Source of the DNA: Anaerolineales bacterium
Lineage (GTDB): Bacteria; Chloroflexota; Anaerolineae; Anaerolineales; Villigracilaceae
DNA: 64,000 bases
NCBI GenBank assembly: GCA_016934715.1
Contig: JAFGSI010000011.1
Span: 2,227 to 66,226 of the forward strand
Direction of reading: 5' to 3'
Part shown: positions 45,834 to 56,764 of the stretch, piece after piece
Layout: each line of letters opens with the position of its first letter
Numbering within the stretch: position 1 is the first letter of the stretch
Translations under genes and position numbers: made by a program
Notes under the pieces: generated by a model
What the model was told of the DNA's origin: nothing
The model's input: only the letters and a program-made list of their open reading frames with translations
Databases searched by the model: none

Positions 45834-45938
45834 ACCCTTATGGGCTGATAGCTTCACCTTTTGCTCAGCAGGCACCCGCAACCGGCTCCAGACCCACCCC
45901 GCTCCCACGAGCGGAACTCTAGACACAGGAGGTGCCAC

Positions 45939-47729
<1,791 letters not shown>

Positions 47730-47817
47730 GCTCACGACTCACCCGGCCCGCTCAGCCAGCAAACCACCTTTCAGGATTGTAATTGCCTGAATCTGTTTTA
47801 TTGGGTATAAGTAAAAT

Positions 47818-48168
47818 ATGCCATCCGGTACCCGTCTCCAGCGCATTGCGGACCGTATCCGCCAGGAACTCTCGGAAATGCTGATCCAGGAGGTCAGTGA
47901 CCCGCGCCTGCACATGATCTACATCACCGATGCACGCGTGGATCGTGAACTGGCCTTCGCTGACATCTATGTTTCGGCGATCGAGGGCGCAACCCGCAGC
48001 GCCGAAATCTTGGAGGGACTGGAATCTGCCAGCGGCTTCCTGCGCCGCCTACTGGCCGCTCGTATCGAACTGCGCACCATGCCGCGCCTGCGCTTCCATT
48101 GGGACCCTACACCCGAGAACGCAGACCACATCGAGCGATTGCTGGCATCTTTACGGAAGAATGACTGA
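47818..48168 (+). CDS. rbfA: Ribosome-binding factor A
   Basis: 116 aa. RLQRIADRIRQELSEMLIQEVSDPRL is a typical RbfA N-terminus. Confidence 0.9.
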   Translation: MPSGTRLQRIADRIRQELSEMLIQEVSDPRLHMIYITDARVDRELAFADIYVSAIEGATRSAEILEGLESASGFLRRLLAARIELRTMPRLRFHWDPTPENADHIERLLASLRKND

Positions 48169-49117
48169 TCTGCAGACTGCCATTCGAGAGAAATTCCAGG
48201 CCGCCAGCCGCATCTTGATCGCCTCCCACGTCCGACCGGACGGAGACGCGATCGGTTCGCTGCTGGCCCTCGGCCTGGCCCTGCAGGATTCCGGCAAAAC
48301 GGTCCAGATGGTCCTGGCCGACGGCGTCCCGGCGACGTTCAGGCACCTGCCCGGCAGCGACCAGATCGTCCATCGCTCTGAGGGGGCCTTCGACCTGGCG
48401 GTCACAGTCGACTGCTCGGACCTGAAGCGGGTCGGCAGCGCCCTGGACGGTTACGGATCCCCAGATATCGTCATTGACCACCACGTGACCACTGAACCGT
48501 TCGGGATCCTCAACCTGGTCGAGCCGGAGGCCGTCGCCACCGCCTCGGTGCTGATCCGTTACATGCCAGCCTGGGGATTGGTCATCACGCCCCCGATCGC
48601 CGCCAGCCTGATGACCGGCCTGGTGACCGATACGCTCGGCTTTCGCACCTCCAACATCACTTCCGAGGCCCTGCGCCAGGCCGCCGACCTGCTCGACCTG
48701 GGCGTGGACATGAGCGCCCTGTACTTTCGCAGCCTGGTGCGGCGCACCTTCGCGGCCGCGCGCTACTGGGGGGCCGGCCTGTCCAGCCTGGAGCAGGCCA
48801 ACGGGATCGTCTCGGTTACCATGACCCTGGCCGATCGCAAGAGCGCCGGTTACACCGGCAACGACGATGCCGACCTGATCAACGTCGTCTCGTCGATCGA
48901 TGCCAACGAGGTCGCGATCATCTTCGTCGAACAAAACGCAGAGCACGTCAAGGTCTCATGGCGCGGACTCAAGCCTGAAATCGATGTGGCAAGGATTGCC
49001 AAGCAGTTTGGCGGCGGCGGCCACCGGGCCGCGGCCGGGGCCGAGGTGCGCGGCGGCCTGGACGAGGTCCGCGAGCGCGTCCTGCGGATCACCCGCCGGG
49101 CACTGAATGATATGTGA
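48161..49117 (+). CDS. nrnA: DHH/DHHA1 family phosphoesterase (NrnA-like oligoribonuclease/pAp phosphatase)
   Basis: ILIASHVRPDGDAIGS, VIDHH and a C-terminal GGGGHRAAAGA. It overlaps the rbfA stop. Confidence 0.8.
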   Translation: MTDLQTAIREKFQAASRILIASHVRPDGDAIGSLLALGLALQDSGKTVQMVLADGVPATFRHLPGSDQIVHRSEGAFDLAVTVDCSDLKRVGSALDGYGSPDIVIDHHVTTEPFGILNLVEPEAVATASVLIRYMPAWGLVITPPIAASLMTGLVTDTLGFRTSNITSEALRQAADLLDLGVDMSALYFRSLVRRTFAAARYWGAGLSSLEQANGIVSVTMTLADRKSAGYTGNDDADLINVVSSIDANEVAIIFVEQNAEHVKVSWRGLKPEIDVARIAKQFGGGGHRAAAGAEVRGGLDEVRERVLRITRRALNDM

Positions 49118-49176
49118 ACAACCCGCCAGCGCCCACCCTGGCGCTGGACGGTCAGATCATCAGGAGGAATTTGAAA

Positions 49177-50100
49177 ATGGAAAGTCAAGATATCAAGAAT
49201 GCCATTTCCGGGATCCTGGTCGTGGACAAGCCGATCGGGATGACCTCCCACGATGTGGTCGAGGTCATTCGGAAGGGCACCAACATCCGCCGCGCCGGCC
49301 ACACCGGTACGCTCGACCCGCGCGCCTCGGGTGTGCTCGTCGTCCTGATCGGGCCGGCGGTGCGCCTGAGCGAGTTCGTCTCGGCCTCCGACAAACGCTA
49401 CCAGGCCATCCTGCGCCTGGGCGGCACGACCGACACCTACGATGCCGACGGACGCTTCACCCGCCCGAACAGCGAGACCCCGGTGGACGTGAGCGAGGAT
49501 CAGTTCGAAGAGGTCCTGAAAGGCTTTATCGGTGAGATCGAGCAGACTCCCCCGCCCTACTCGGCGGTCAAGGTCAAGGGTCGCCGGGCCTACGACATGG
49601 CCCGCAAGGGGGAAGAGGTCGAGCTCGAACCACGCAAGATCAATGTCTACCACCTGGAGGTGCTCGAGTGGGCCCCGCCCGAGGTGGTCATCGATGTGCA
49701 CTGCTCGTCGGGCACCTATGTCCGTTCGCTGGCCAACGATCTCGGGGCAGTCCTGGGCTGCGGGGCCTACCTGGTCGGCCTGCGGCGGACCAAGTCAGGC
49801 CGCTTCAGCCTGCGCGACGCCGTGCCGCTGCGCAAGCTGCAGGAGGCCTTCACGGTCGGCAACTGGTACCAGTTCCTGATCCCGGCAGCCGAGGCCCTCA
49901 GCGATTGGGAAGCCATCGAACTCGGCCCCGATGAGGTCGAGGAGGTCAAACACGGCCACCGCGTCAAGGCTGCAGCCGATACCAAGCCCGGGCTGGTGCG
50001 CGGCGTCAGCATGGCCGGCGAACTGATCGCCATCCTGGAACTGGCCGAAGGCCAGGATGGCGCGCCGGAGTGGCAGCCCAAGAAGGTGTTCTTCTCTTAA
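49177..50100 (+). CDS. truB: tRNA pseudouridine(55) synthase
   Basis: GILVVDKPIGMTSHDVV, GHTGTLDPRASGVL. AGGAGG lies 9 nt upstream of the ATG at 49177. Confidence 0.9.
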   Translation: MESQDIKNAISGILVVDKPIGMTSHDVVEVIRKGTNIRRAGHTGTLDPRASGVLVVLIGPAVRLSEFVSASDKRYQAILRLGGTTDTYDADGRFTRPNSETPVDVSEDQFEEVLKGFIGEIEQTPPPYSAVKVKGRRAYDMARKGEEVELEPRKINVYHLEVLEWAPPEVVIDVHCSSGTYVRSLANDLGAVLGCGAYLVGLRRTKSGRFSLRDAVPLRKLQEAFTVGNWYQFLIPAAEALSDWEAIELGPDEVEEVKHGHRVKAAADTKPGLVRGVSMAGELIAILELAEGQDGAPEWQPKKVFFS

Positions 50101-50172
50101 CCCAACTTCCTCCGGAGGACGCAAAAGACACCAGGGGGCCTTGCGTTCTTCGAGACCCTGGTGTCACCGGTT

Positions 50173-51114
50173 ATGCCTCATTATCGCTTCCTCGACGCAG
50201 TCAAGCGCCAGGATACCTGGCTGACCATCGGCGTCTTCGACGGCCTCCATCGCGGCCACCGGGTCCTGTTGCAGCACCTGGTCGATGGAGCCCGGGCAGC
50301 CCACCCCGTCGGCCACCCGGTCGTGCTGACCTTCTACCCGCACCCGGCAGTCGTACTCGGCGGGCAATCCGATTTCGTCTACCTGAGCCTGCCCGACGAG
50401 AAGGCTGCCCTGCTGGAAGAAATGGGCATCGAAACGGTCATCACCATTCCCTTCGACCTCAATCTGGCCGCCGAAACCGCCCAAGCCTTTATGCAGCGCG
50501 TCTCGACCCACCTCGGGCTGCGCCATCTGCTGATCGGCCATGATTTCGCCCTCGGCCGCGGCCGGGATGGCGATGCCGCCCGCCTGGCCGAGATCGGCCG
50601 GCATTTGGGCTATACCGTCGAGGTCCTGCCGGCGGTCCATGCGCAGGACCTGGTCATTTCCTCAACCGCGATCCGCAACCTGATCCAGCGCGGCCAGGTG
50701 GCCGCAGCGGCCGCCCTGCTCGGGCGCCCGTATGCTGTCTCCGGCCCGGTCGTCCACGGCGACGGACGCGGGCGGCACATCAACATTCCCACCGCCAACA
50801 TCGCCTATCCGGCGGAAAAACTCGTCCCCGCCCACGGCATCTACGCCACCTGGGCCCTTGTCGCGGGGGTCCGCCATCCATCAGCCACCAACATCGGCAT
50901 CAACCCGACCTTCACGCCCGAGCGGCAGGGGGCCAGCCTGGAAACCCATCTCCTCGACTTCCAGGGTGACCTGTACGGGCAGACCGTGCAGATCGAATTC
51001 GTCGAGCGGCTGCGTGACGAGATGAAATTCCCATCGGTCGAGGCCCTGATCGCCCAGATCCGCAGCGACATCCAGCTGGCGAGGAAGATCCTGGGCGACA
51101 GACCCGGGGGATAA
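50173..51114 (+). CDS. ribF: Bifunctional riboflavin kinase / FMN adenylyltransferase
   Basis: LTIGVFDGLHRGHRVL, and the kinase part has GRGRHINIPTANI...THLLDF. The start could be the GTG at 50161 or the ATG at 50173. Confidence 0.9.
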   Translation: MPHYRFLDAVKRQDTWLTIGVFDGLHRGHRVLLQHLVDGARAAHPVGHPVVLTFYPHPAVVLGGQSDFVYLSLPDEKAALLEEMGIETVITIPFDLNLAAETAQAFMQRVSTHLGLRHLLIGHDFALGRGRDGDAARLAEIGRHLGYTVEVLPAVHAQDLVISSTAIRNLIQRGQVAAAAALLGRPYAVSGPVVHGDGRGRHINIPTANIAYPAEKLVPAHGIYATWALVAGVRHPSATNIGINPTFTPERQGASLETHLLDFQGDLYGQTVQIEFVERLRDEMKFPSVEALIAQIRSDIQLARKILGDRPGG

Positions 51115-51370
51115 TACCCGTCCGGAGAGATCCCCTGTGCAGGTACGACGACAAGATACCACCAGACAGGAACCTGGAAGAACCGCACGGCCAAGACCAT
51201 AGTTCCCCTTTCAGGGTCCTGTATGGTGGCTGCGGGTCCGGCGCCGGCACTTTCCAGAGGCCCCCGCAGGCGACAAAACGACACCCCTTCCGTCTGCTGA
51301 ACTGGCTCAGGTCCAGGCGCTCCCCAAGAGAAACAGAAAACTACTGCTGCTTGCATAAATCGCTTAACGA

Positions 51371-51436
51371 GATGAAACCCAATTTCCCCATGAAACGAAA
51401 GGGGTTGGTTTAGATATTTACGCAGCACTCTGTAGA
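51371..51436 (-). repeat. 66-bp repeat, copy B (exact reverse complement of 40677..40742)
   Basis: The plus strand reads agatgaaacccaatttccccatgaaacgaaaggggttggtttagatatttacgcagcactctgtag. It lies in the ribF-thyX intergenic gap. Confidence 0.9.
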
Positions 51437-51549
51437 TCGGAGCCCCACCCGCCCCGGCCCCATCCGGGGTGGTCTCTTTGACCGAATGGAAACCTGCCGC
51501 AGGCCTCGTTCAATCGTACTTGTTGCACGATCCCCGTCCAAATGCCCGG

Positions 51550-51578
51550 TTGACGTGCAGGGCATTTTCGTCTATAGT
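51550..51578 (+). promoter_or_regulatory. Near-consensus promoter (TTGACG-17 nt-TATAGT) giving a leaderless thyX mRNA
   Basis: The -10 box ends at 51578 and the ATG is at 51586, 7 nt later, with no RBS. Confidence 0.55.
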
Positions 51579-51585
51579 ACGGGCC

Positions 51586-53001
51586 ATGCCAACCCGTTCC
51601 ATTTACCTGCTTTCCCCCAAGCAACTGCCCCCCGAGACGATCGCGGTTGCCTTCGCCAAGACTTCCCGCTCGCCCGAGTCCTTCGGCGAGATCGCCGCCC
51701 AGTTGAGCGAGGAGTCCAGCGCCGCGTTCCACGAAAAATGGGTCGTCGGCTACGGGCACGCCTCGGTGGCCGAACACGCCGTCCTGCACGTGGCGATCGA
51801 GAACGTCTCCCGTCTGGCGGTCGAGTGCATCGAGTCCAACCGTCTGGCCTCGTATACCGAAAAGTCGACCCGCTACCAGAAATGGAGCCCCGACGACTTC
51901 CACATCCCGCCCGAACTGGAGAGCCATCCACTGCGGGAAACCTATCTGCGGACCTGCCGCCTGCTGTTCGATGCCTACGCGCAGTCCCTGGCGCCAGTCA
52001 AGGCCCTGGTCGAAACCCGGCTCCCGCGCCGGGACGGGGAAAGCCACGAGGCCCATGATCGGCGCATCCGCTCGCAGTACGTCGACACCTGCCGTTTCCT
52101 GCTCCCGGCCGCCTCCTTGGCCAACCTGGGCGTGACCGCCAACGCCCGGATCTTCGAGGGTGCCATTCGCAAGATGCTCTCGCACCCGCTGGCCGAGGTG
52201 CGCCAGATCGGGGCCGAGATCAAGCGCGTCGCCCGGGAGGAAACCCCCACCCTGATCAAGTATGCCGACGCCGTACCGTACCTGCTGGAGACCTGCGAAG
52301 AACTCAGCCGCGCAGGGCACGAGGAACGCGAAGAGGAGCGCGGCGATTGGTGCCAGCTGATCGACCATGATCCAGAGGGTGAGAAACGGGTCCTGGCTGC
52401 CGCGTTGTACCGCTTCGGGAACATGTCCTACGCGCAAGCCATGCAGACGATGCACGCCGCCCCCGAGGCCGAGCAGACCAGATTGGCCGAGTCCCTGCTC
52501 GGGCGGCTCGGCGAGCACGACCTGCCGCTGCGTGAACTGGAATACACCTCCTACACCTTCGACCTGCTGCTCGACCAGGGCGCTTACGCCGAGTTCAAAC
52601 GTCACCGCATGATGACCCAGACCCCCCAGAGGCTGACCACCCGCCTCGGCTACGCCGTCCCCCAGCAGATCGCCGCAGCCGGCTTCGAACTCCCCTACCG
52701 CTCGGCAATGGCGGCGGCCGCCGCGGCCTACGAAGAACTGCAGGCCTGGAATCCCCACGTCGCCTCTTACCTGGTCCCCAACGGCTTCCACCGACGGGTC
52801 CTGTTCAGCCTGAACCTGCGCCAGGCCTTCCACTTCTGCCAGCTACGGGCGGCTCCCAACGCCCACTTCTCGATCCGCCGGGTGGCCCAGCGGGTCGGGG
52901 CGGAGATCCGCCGCGTCCATCCCCGGCTGGGAAAATACCTGCACCTGCCGGAAACGGAAACCTGGCAGGCGATCGACCAGGAGTATTTCCGCCCAGGATA
53001 A
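51586..53001 (+). CDS. thyX: FAD-dependent thymidylate synthase, tandem (double) ThyX-domain form
   Basis: 471 aa. The first half has GHASVAEHAVLHVAIENVSRLAVECIESNRLASYTEKSTRY (ThyX fold, degenerate RHR motif). The second half has YAEFKRHRMMTQTPQRL (RHR motif retained). Confidence 0.75.
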   Translation: MPTRSIYLLSPKQLPPETIAVAFAKTSRSPESFGEIAAQLSEESSAAFHEKWVVGYGHASVAEHAVLHVAIENVSRLAVECIESNRLASYTEKSTRYQKWSPDDFHIPPELESHPLRETYLRTCRLLFDAYAQSLAPVKALVETRLPRRDGESHEAHDRRIRSQYVDTCRFLLPAASLANLGVTANARIFEGAIRKMLSHPLAEVRQIGAEIKRVAREETPTLIKYADAVPYLLETCEELSRAGHEEREEERGDWCQLIDHDPEGEKRVLAAALYRFGNMSYAQAMQTMHAAPEAEQTRLAESLLGRLGEHDLPLRELEYTSYTFDLLLDQGAYAEFKRHRMMTQTPQRLTTRLGYAVPQQIAAAGFELPYRSAMAAAAAAYEELQAWNPHVASYLVPNGFHRRVLFSLNLRQAFHFCQLRAAPNAHFSIRRVAQRVGAEIRRVHPRLGKYLHLPETETWQAIDQEYFRPG

Positions 53002-53009
53002 AACTTACC

Positions 53010-53035
53010 GCCCTGCCGATCTGGCAGGGCTTTTT
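53010..53035 (+). terminator. Rho-independent terminator after thyX
   Basis: An 8-bp stem (gccctgcc / ggcagggc) with loop gatct, followed by ttttt. Confidence 0.7.
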
Positions 53036-53380
53036 CCGGCTCCTTGCAGGAAACCCTGAACGGAAGTTGCCGCGAAGCGGGTGGCCGCAAGGATTTCGAT
53101 TCGGCTCCATACGCAGCATTCCCCAATCCCGGGATCCCTGGTCGTGAAAGGCGGGGTCCGGAGGAGCGAAACCCGCCAGAATGCCGAAGCCGATGAGCGC
53201 AGGATCGCCAGCCGGAACAGTCCCCTGAAGACCTGCCCCAGAATCCCGGACGATTCCCCTGACCTACTACCGGACAACTGTGAGATGCCCGGCACCCTGA
53301 CCGTGACCGGGGTCAGGCAGGATTGGATCGCCTCCAGGGTCCAGGCACTTGGAGCGACGGGCCTGGGTTCGCGATCGAGA

Positions 53381-53791
53381 TCAGTACGAATATGCGGAGA
53401 GGGCCGCCGCCACAATCCCAAAGATGAGAATCATGAAGAGGCAGAAGCCGATCAGGAGCAGGCTGCTGAACACCAGGCCGATGATCCCAAAGGTCTTGTT
53501 GGTCCCCTTCTGCACGATACCGGCAATCCCCAGCCCGATCCCGGCCAGGCAGCCGATGGCCGTCAGGCAGATGAAGACCCAGGCGACGATGGAGAGCCCG
53601 GTCGAGGTCGCACTATAGGAAGACCCGCTGCCAGCCACATAGGCGAACAGGAAGAAGGCGCAGATCGACAGCATGGCGACAATCGAGGCGACGAAGGAGG
53701 CGATCCCCAGCGGGGAATGCCTGGGCGACTCAGGCGGCTCGAGTGGATAAGGTGCGCGGTTGGACAACTGGTCAGGACTCGGATCGTACAT
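53381..53791 (-). CDS. Small polytopic membrane protein (DUF4190-like), the intact member of a tandem array
   Basis: AAGGAG lies upstream of the ATG at 53791. The product begins MYDPSPDQLSNRAPYPLEPPESP, followed by hydrophobic segments IASFVASIVAMLSICAFFLFAY, IVAWVFICLTAIGCLAGIGLGIAGI and IIGLVFSSLLLIGFCLFMILIFGIV. Confidence 0.65.
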   Translation of the reverse strand: MYDPSPDQLSNRAPYPLEPPESPRHSPLGIASFVASIVAMLSICAFFLFAYVAGSGSSYSATSTGLSIVAWVFICLTAIGCLAGIGLGIAGIVQKGTNKTFGIIGLVFSSLLLIGFCLFMILIFGIVAAALSAYSY

Positions 53792-53804
53792 TTTGTTCTC
53801 CTTT

Positions 53805-54266
53805 TCATGATTCAGACATGCGCTTCCCCGAGGCAGGCTCAGGTTGCCCATCTCTGCAGAACGATTGATCGCAGGGGGCCTGGTACAGGATGACGGCGAA
53901 CAAGCCGAAGAGCACGACCAGCAGGCCGCAAAACAGGATCCTGAGCAGGCTGCTTACACCCGGCCGATAGGGGCGAAGGTTTTGTCGGTCTGCAGCTGTG
54001 TGGCCACAAAGATCCGGCCCGATCCCGCCCAGACAGGCCAGCGCCGTCAGGCAGATGCAGGCCCTGGCCACCCGAAGAGAACTCTGCGCGACCAGACTCG
54101 ACGAACTGAAGAGCGCCTATCCCCAGGGGCCCCAAAAAGCGCATGCTGACAGGACGCCAATGACCGAGGCGCGCATCGAAGCGCTCCCCGCCGGCGAATA
54201 GCCGGAGGCCTCGCGCGGACCCGGTTCCACGGATGCGCGCTGCCGGTCAGGGTTGAAATCACGCAA
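53805..54266 (-). pseudogene. Degraded paralogue of 53381..53791 interrupted by an in-frame TAG
   Basis: My own translation from the TTG at 54266 gives RDFNPDRQRASVEP...SVIGVLSACAFWGPWG*ALFSSSSLVAQSSLRVARACICLTALACLGGIG. The TAG at 54119-54117 is in the same frame as the listed ORF 53805..54071. Hydrophobic segments are eroded compared with the intact copy. Confidence 0.45.
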
Positions 54267-54347
54267 CAGAAATCCCTGTCGCGCCAGCGATGGAAGTATT
54301 ATAGCCGCAAAGGACGATCCGCAATATCAGGCGACAGCCGTCTTCGA

Positions 54348-54959
54348 TCACGGGAACACCCAGTAATCGAAGACGATGCCCGTGGATGGGCCCGGGCCCT
54401 GGTAGGCGCGCACGACGATGAAACCGGGGATGCCCTGACTGGTGATCAGGCACATGTACTGTCCGGTCTGGACGGCCAGGTCACCGGGTTCGTAGCGTCC
54501 GCCCAGGCAGTCAGCCCGCCTGGGCGGGTCGAGGGTCACGTAGCCAGACAGCTGGGCCCCGTTGACCTGGCGGAACAGGGCTGCCTCGGCCAGCCAGACG
54601 TCGCACTGCCCGTCCAGGGCGGTCACCAGGCCGTTGTCGAAGTCGAAACACTCGCCGTTGTTGAGAAGCACGCCGGTTGTGTTGACCGGCAGGGGATCGG
54701 GGGCGGTCTCGGCCAGGGCGGGGGTTTCATCCACCGCGACCACGGCGGTCCGGGTCAGGGCCGCGGCGACCGTCTGGGCGGCGGCGGTGGCGACCTCGTC
54801 GACCGGCGCCGGCCCGACCGGGTCGCGCAGGGCAGCCATGGTCTGGCTGACGATGACATTGACGTCCGGCATCGGCGCGGCAGGGATGGCCCCCCCGCAG
54901 CCCAGCAAGACAAGGGTCACAAGGAAGGCGATGCTCAGGGCTGCGAACGGTTTGCGCAT
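54348..54959 (-). CDS. Hypothetical lipoprotein
   Basis: MRKPFAALSIAFLVTLVLLGCGG is a lipobox signal. The C-terminal domain contains four Cys. I recognise no family. Confidence 0.6.
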   Translation of the reverse strand: MRKPFAALSIAFLVTLVLLGCGGAIPAAPMPDVNVIVSQTMAALRDPVGPAPVDEVATAAAQTVAAALTRTAVVAVDETPALAETAPDPLPVNTTGVLLNNGECFDFDNGLVTALDGQCDVWLAEAALFRQVNGAQLSGYVTLDPPRRADCLGGRYEPGDLAVQTGQYMCLITSQGIPGFIVVRAYQGPGPSTGIVFDYWVFP

Positions 54960-54974
54960 GGGACCTTCCCGGGC

Positions 54975-55544
54975 CTACTCATGGAACTCCTCAACCTGGT
55001 AGGTCAGGACGGTCAGGAGACGCAGGCGCCAGGTGTCGGGCCGGGCACCCATCTTGGAGCACAGATTGGACAAGAACTCCTGCGGGTCGGGGATCTTCTC
55101 CCAGACCTGCGGCAGGAAAGTAGCCCGCCGGACGCCGTCGCGCAGGATGACCCCGTCCACGCCGGGGCGCAATTTTTCCAGCAGGTCGCCAGGCTGGCGG
55201 TATGCGAGCGGGACCGGGACCGTCAGCCGCGAGACCTCGACCTCGATCCCAGCCAGCTCGGATTCCTGCACGGGCGGGAAACGGTAGTCCTCCAACGCAG
55301 CCGCGCGAGCGTGTTCGCGCACGTCCTCGGCCAGCGGCTGGTAGGGCTCCAGGGCCCCGATGCAGCCGCGCAGGGCACCGCCCCTGGTCAGGGTGACAAA
55401 GGAGGCTCCCTCGGCGCGCAGGGCCGGGGTCAGGCCCTCCAGGTCGAGCGGAGGCAGCGCCTGACCGCGCACCCCGGCCTCAAGCGCCTGGCGGGCCAGC
55501 TGCAGCAGGGTCTGTTTCTCTTCGGGAGTCAATCGATCGCTCAC
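54975..55544 (-). CDS. AMMECR1 domain-containing protein
   Basis: GTG start at 55544 after GGAGG. GASFVTLTRGGALRGCIGALEP and ATFLPQVWE are the AMMECR1 signatures. Confidence 0.8.
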   Translation of the reverse strand: MSDRLTPEEKQTLLQLARQALEAGVRGQALPPLDLEGLTPALRAEGASFVTLTRGGALRGCIGALEPYQPLAEDVREHARAAALEDYRFPPVQESELAGIEVEVSRLTVPVPLAYRQPGDLLEKLRPGVDGVILRDGVRRATFLPQVWEKIPDPQEFLSNLCSKMGARPDTWRLRLLTVLTYQVEEFHE

Positions 55545-55554
55545 GGATCCTCCC

Positions 55555-56040
55555 TCAGCCACACAATTCCTGGTAATCACGGTTGAAGTAGACCAGCGGT
55601 TCACCGTCCTCCCGGTCCCAGGCCGCCTGGACCTCGCCCAGGTACAGGTTGGTCTTCCCGGCCGGGATGATCTGCACCAGCCGGCAGTCGAAGTAGGCCA
55701 GCCCGCCGCAGATGAACGGCACGCCGCTCTCCAGGGTCTCGGTGGTGATGCCGGCGAAACGGGCCTGGCCATCCGGGATGCGCCCGGCGAAGATCTCGGA
55801 GATCTCCTGCTGGTCGGCGGCCAGGAGGGTGACGCCGAAATCCCCCGAGGCGCGCACCAGGGCGCCCGTACGAGTGGTGCCGGCCAGTGCGACCAGCACC
55901 AGCGGCGGGTCGAGCGCGACCGAGGCGAACGAACTGGCGGTCATCCCATGGACCTGGTCCCCGTCCCGGGTGGTGACGATGGTCACACCGCTGGCCCACC
56001 TGCGCATGGCCCGCCGTAAGGTTTCCGGTTGTACTGGCAT
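55555..56040 (-). CDS. Flavin reductase family protein (FMN-binding split barrel)
   Basis: ATG at 56040, 5 nt after GGAGG. RRWASGVTIVTT..HGMTASSFASVALDPPLVLVAL is typical of the Flavin_Reduct domain. Confidence 0.8.
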   Translation of the reverse strand: MPVQPETLRRAMRRWASGVTIVTTRDGDQVHGMTASSFASVALDPPLVLVALAGTTRTGALVRASGDFGVTLLAADQQEISEIFAGRIPDGQARFAGITTETLESGVPFICGGLAYFDCRLVQIIPAGKTNLYLGEVQAAWDREDGEPLVYFNRDYQELCG

Positions 56041-56107
56041 GGCTTCCTCCGCATTCATCATACAATCTGGAGAGGTTCCAGTCAAGCAGCAATCCAACTC
56101 CGGCCCT

Positions 56108-56134
56108 TAAAACAGAGACGGCCCGGTTGGGCCG
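56108..56134 (-). terminator. Weak intrinsic terminator after the ferritin gene
   Basis: On the minus strand, cggccc aacc gggccg forms a 6-bp stem, followed by tctctgtttt. Confidence 0.4.
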
Positions 56135-56156
56135 CCTGTGTGGATTGCAGGGAGCG

Positions 56157-56651
56157 TTAGTCTTCGCTGCGCTTGCCGAGAGTCTTGTCGATCATCAGCA
56201 CGGCCGTGCCGTGGGCATCGACCATCTCCAACTGGGCAACGATGGCGGCCGCGTTGGCCTCCTCTTCGACCTGTTCGCTGATGAACCAATGCAGCAGCAC
56301 CTGGGCTGGATAATCCTTTTCCGCCAGGGCCAGTTCGTAGAGGGCGTTGATCGAGGCCGTGACCTTGGCTTCGTGGGCCTGGACCTCCAGGAAGGCCTCC
56401 AGGTTGGACTTCCATTCCTTCTGGGGGGCATCGATGGCCTTCAGTTCGACCCGTCCGCCGCGCTCGACCAGGTGGTCGAAAAACTTCATCCCGTGCTCGC
56501 GCTCCTCGTCGGCCTGCATGCGCAGCCATTTGGCAAAGCCAGGCAGGTTCTTGTCTTCGAAATCGGCGGCCATCGACAGGTACAGGTAGGCGGAAAAGAA
56601 TTCCTTGTTGATCTGTTCGTTGATCGCATCCTGCATTTTCTTGGAAATCAT
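56157..56651 (-). CDS. ftn: Ferritin (non-haem, Ftn type)
   Basis: MQDAINEQINKEFFSAYLYLSMAADF..FAKWLRMQADEEREHGMKFFDHL..HEAKVT..EQVEEE contains the di-iron ligand pattern. Confidence 0.9.
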   Translation of the reverse strand: MISKKMQDAINEQINKEFFSAYLYLSMAADFEDKNLPGFAKWLRMQADEEREHGMKFFDHLVERGGRVELKAIDAPQKEWKSNLEAFLEVQAHEAKVTASINALYELALAEKDYPAQVLLHWFISEQVEEEANAAAIVAQLEMVDAHGTAVLMIDKTLGKRSED

Positions 56652-56691
56652 AAGGGGATCCTCCTTCAGAAATCGGATATTTGATAGCCTG

Positions 56692-56719
56692 ATTATACTG
56701 TTTCTTTGTTAACGATCAA
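56692..56719 (-). promoter_or_regulatory. Ferritin promoter (TTGATC-16 nt-TATAAT on the minus strand)
   Basis: Reverse complement of 56714-56719 (gatcaa) and 56692-56697 (attata). GAAGGAGG RBS lies downstream. Confidence 0.5.
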
Positions 56720-56764
56720 TAAGATCGGCGCGAAAGACACCGCTGAGCCCGCCCTGCAGGGTCC

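Noticed and set aside
53081-53893. 270-aa plus-strand ORF overlapping the small membrane-protein genes
   Set aside because: It is antisense to a gene with an RBS and clear TM segments. The product is charged, low in complexity and has no motifs.
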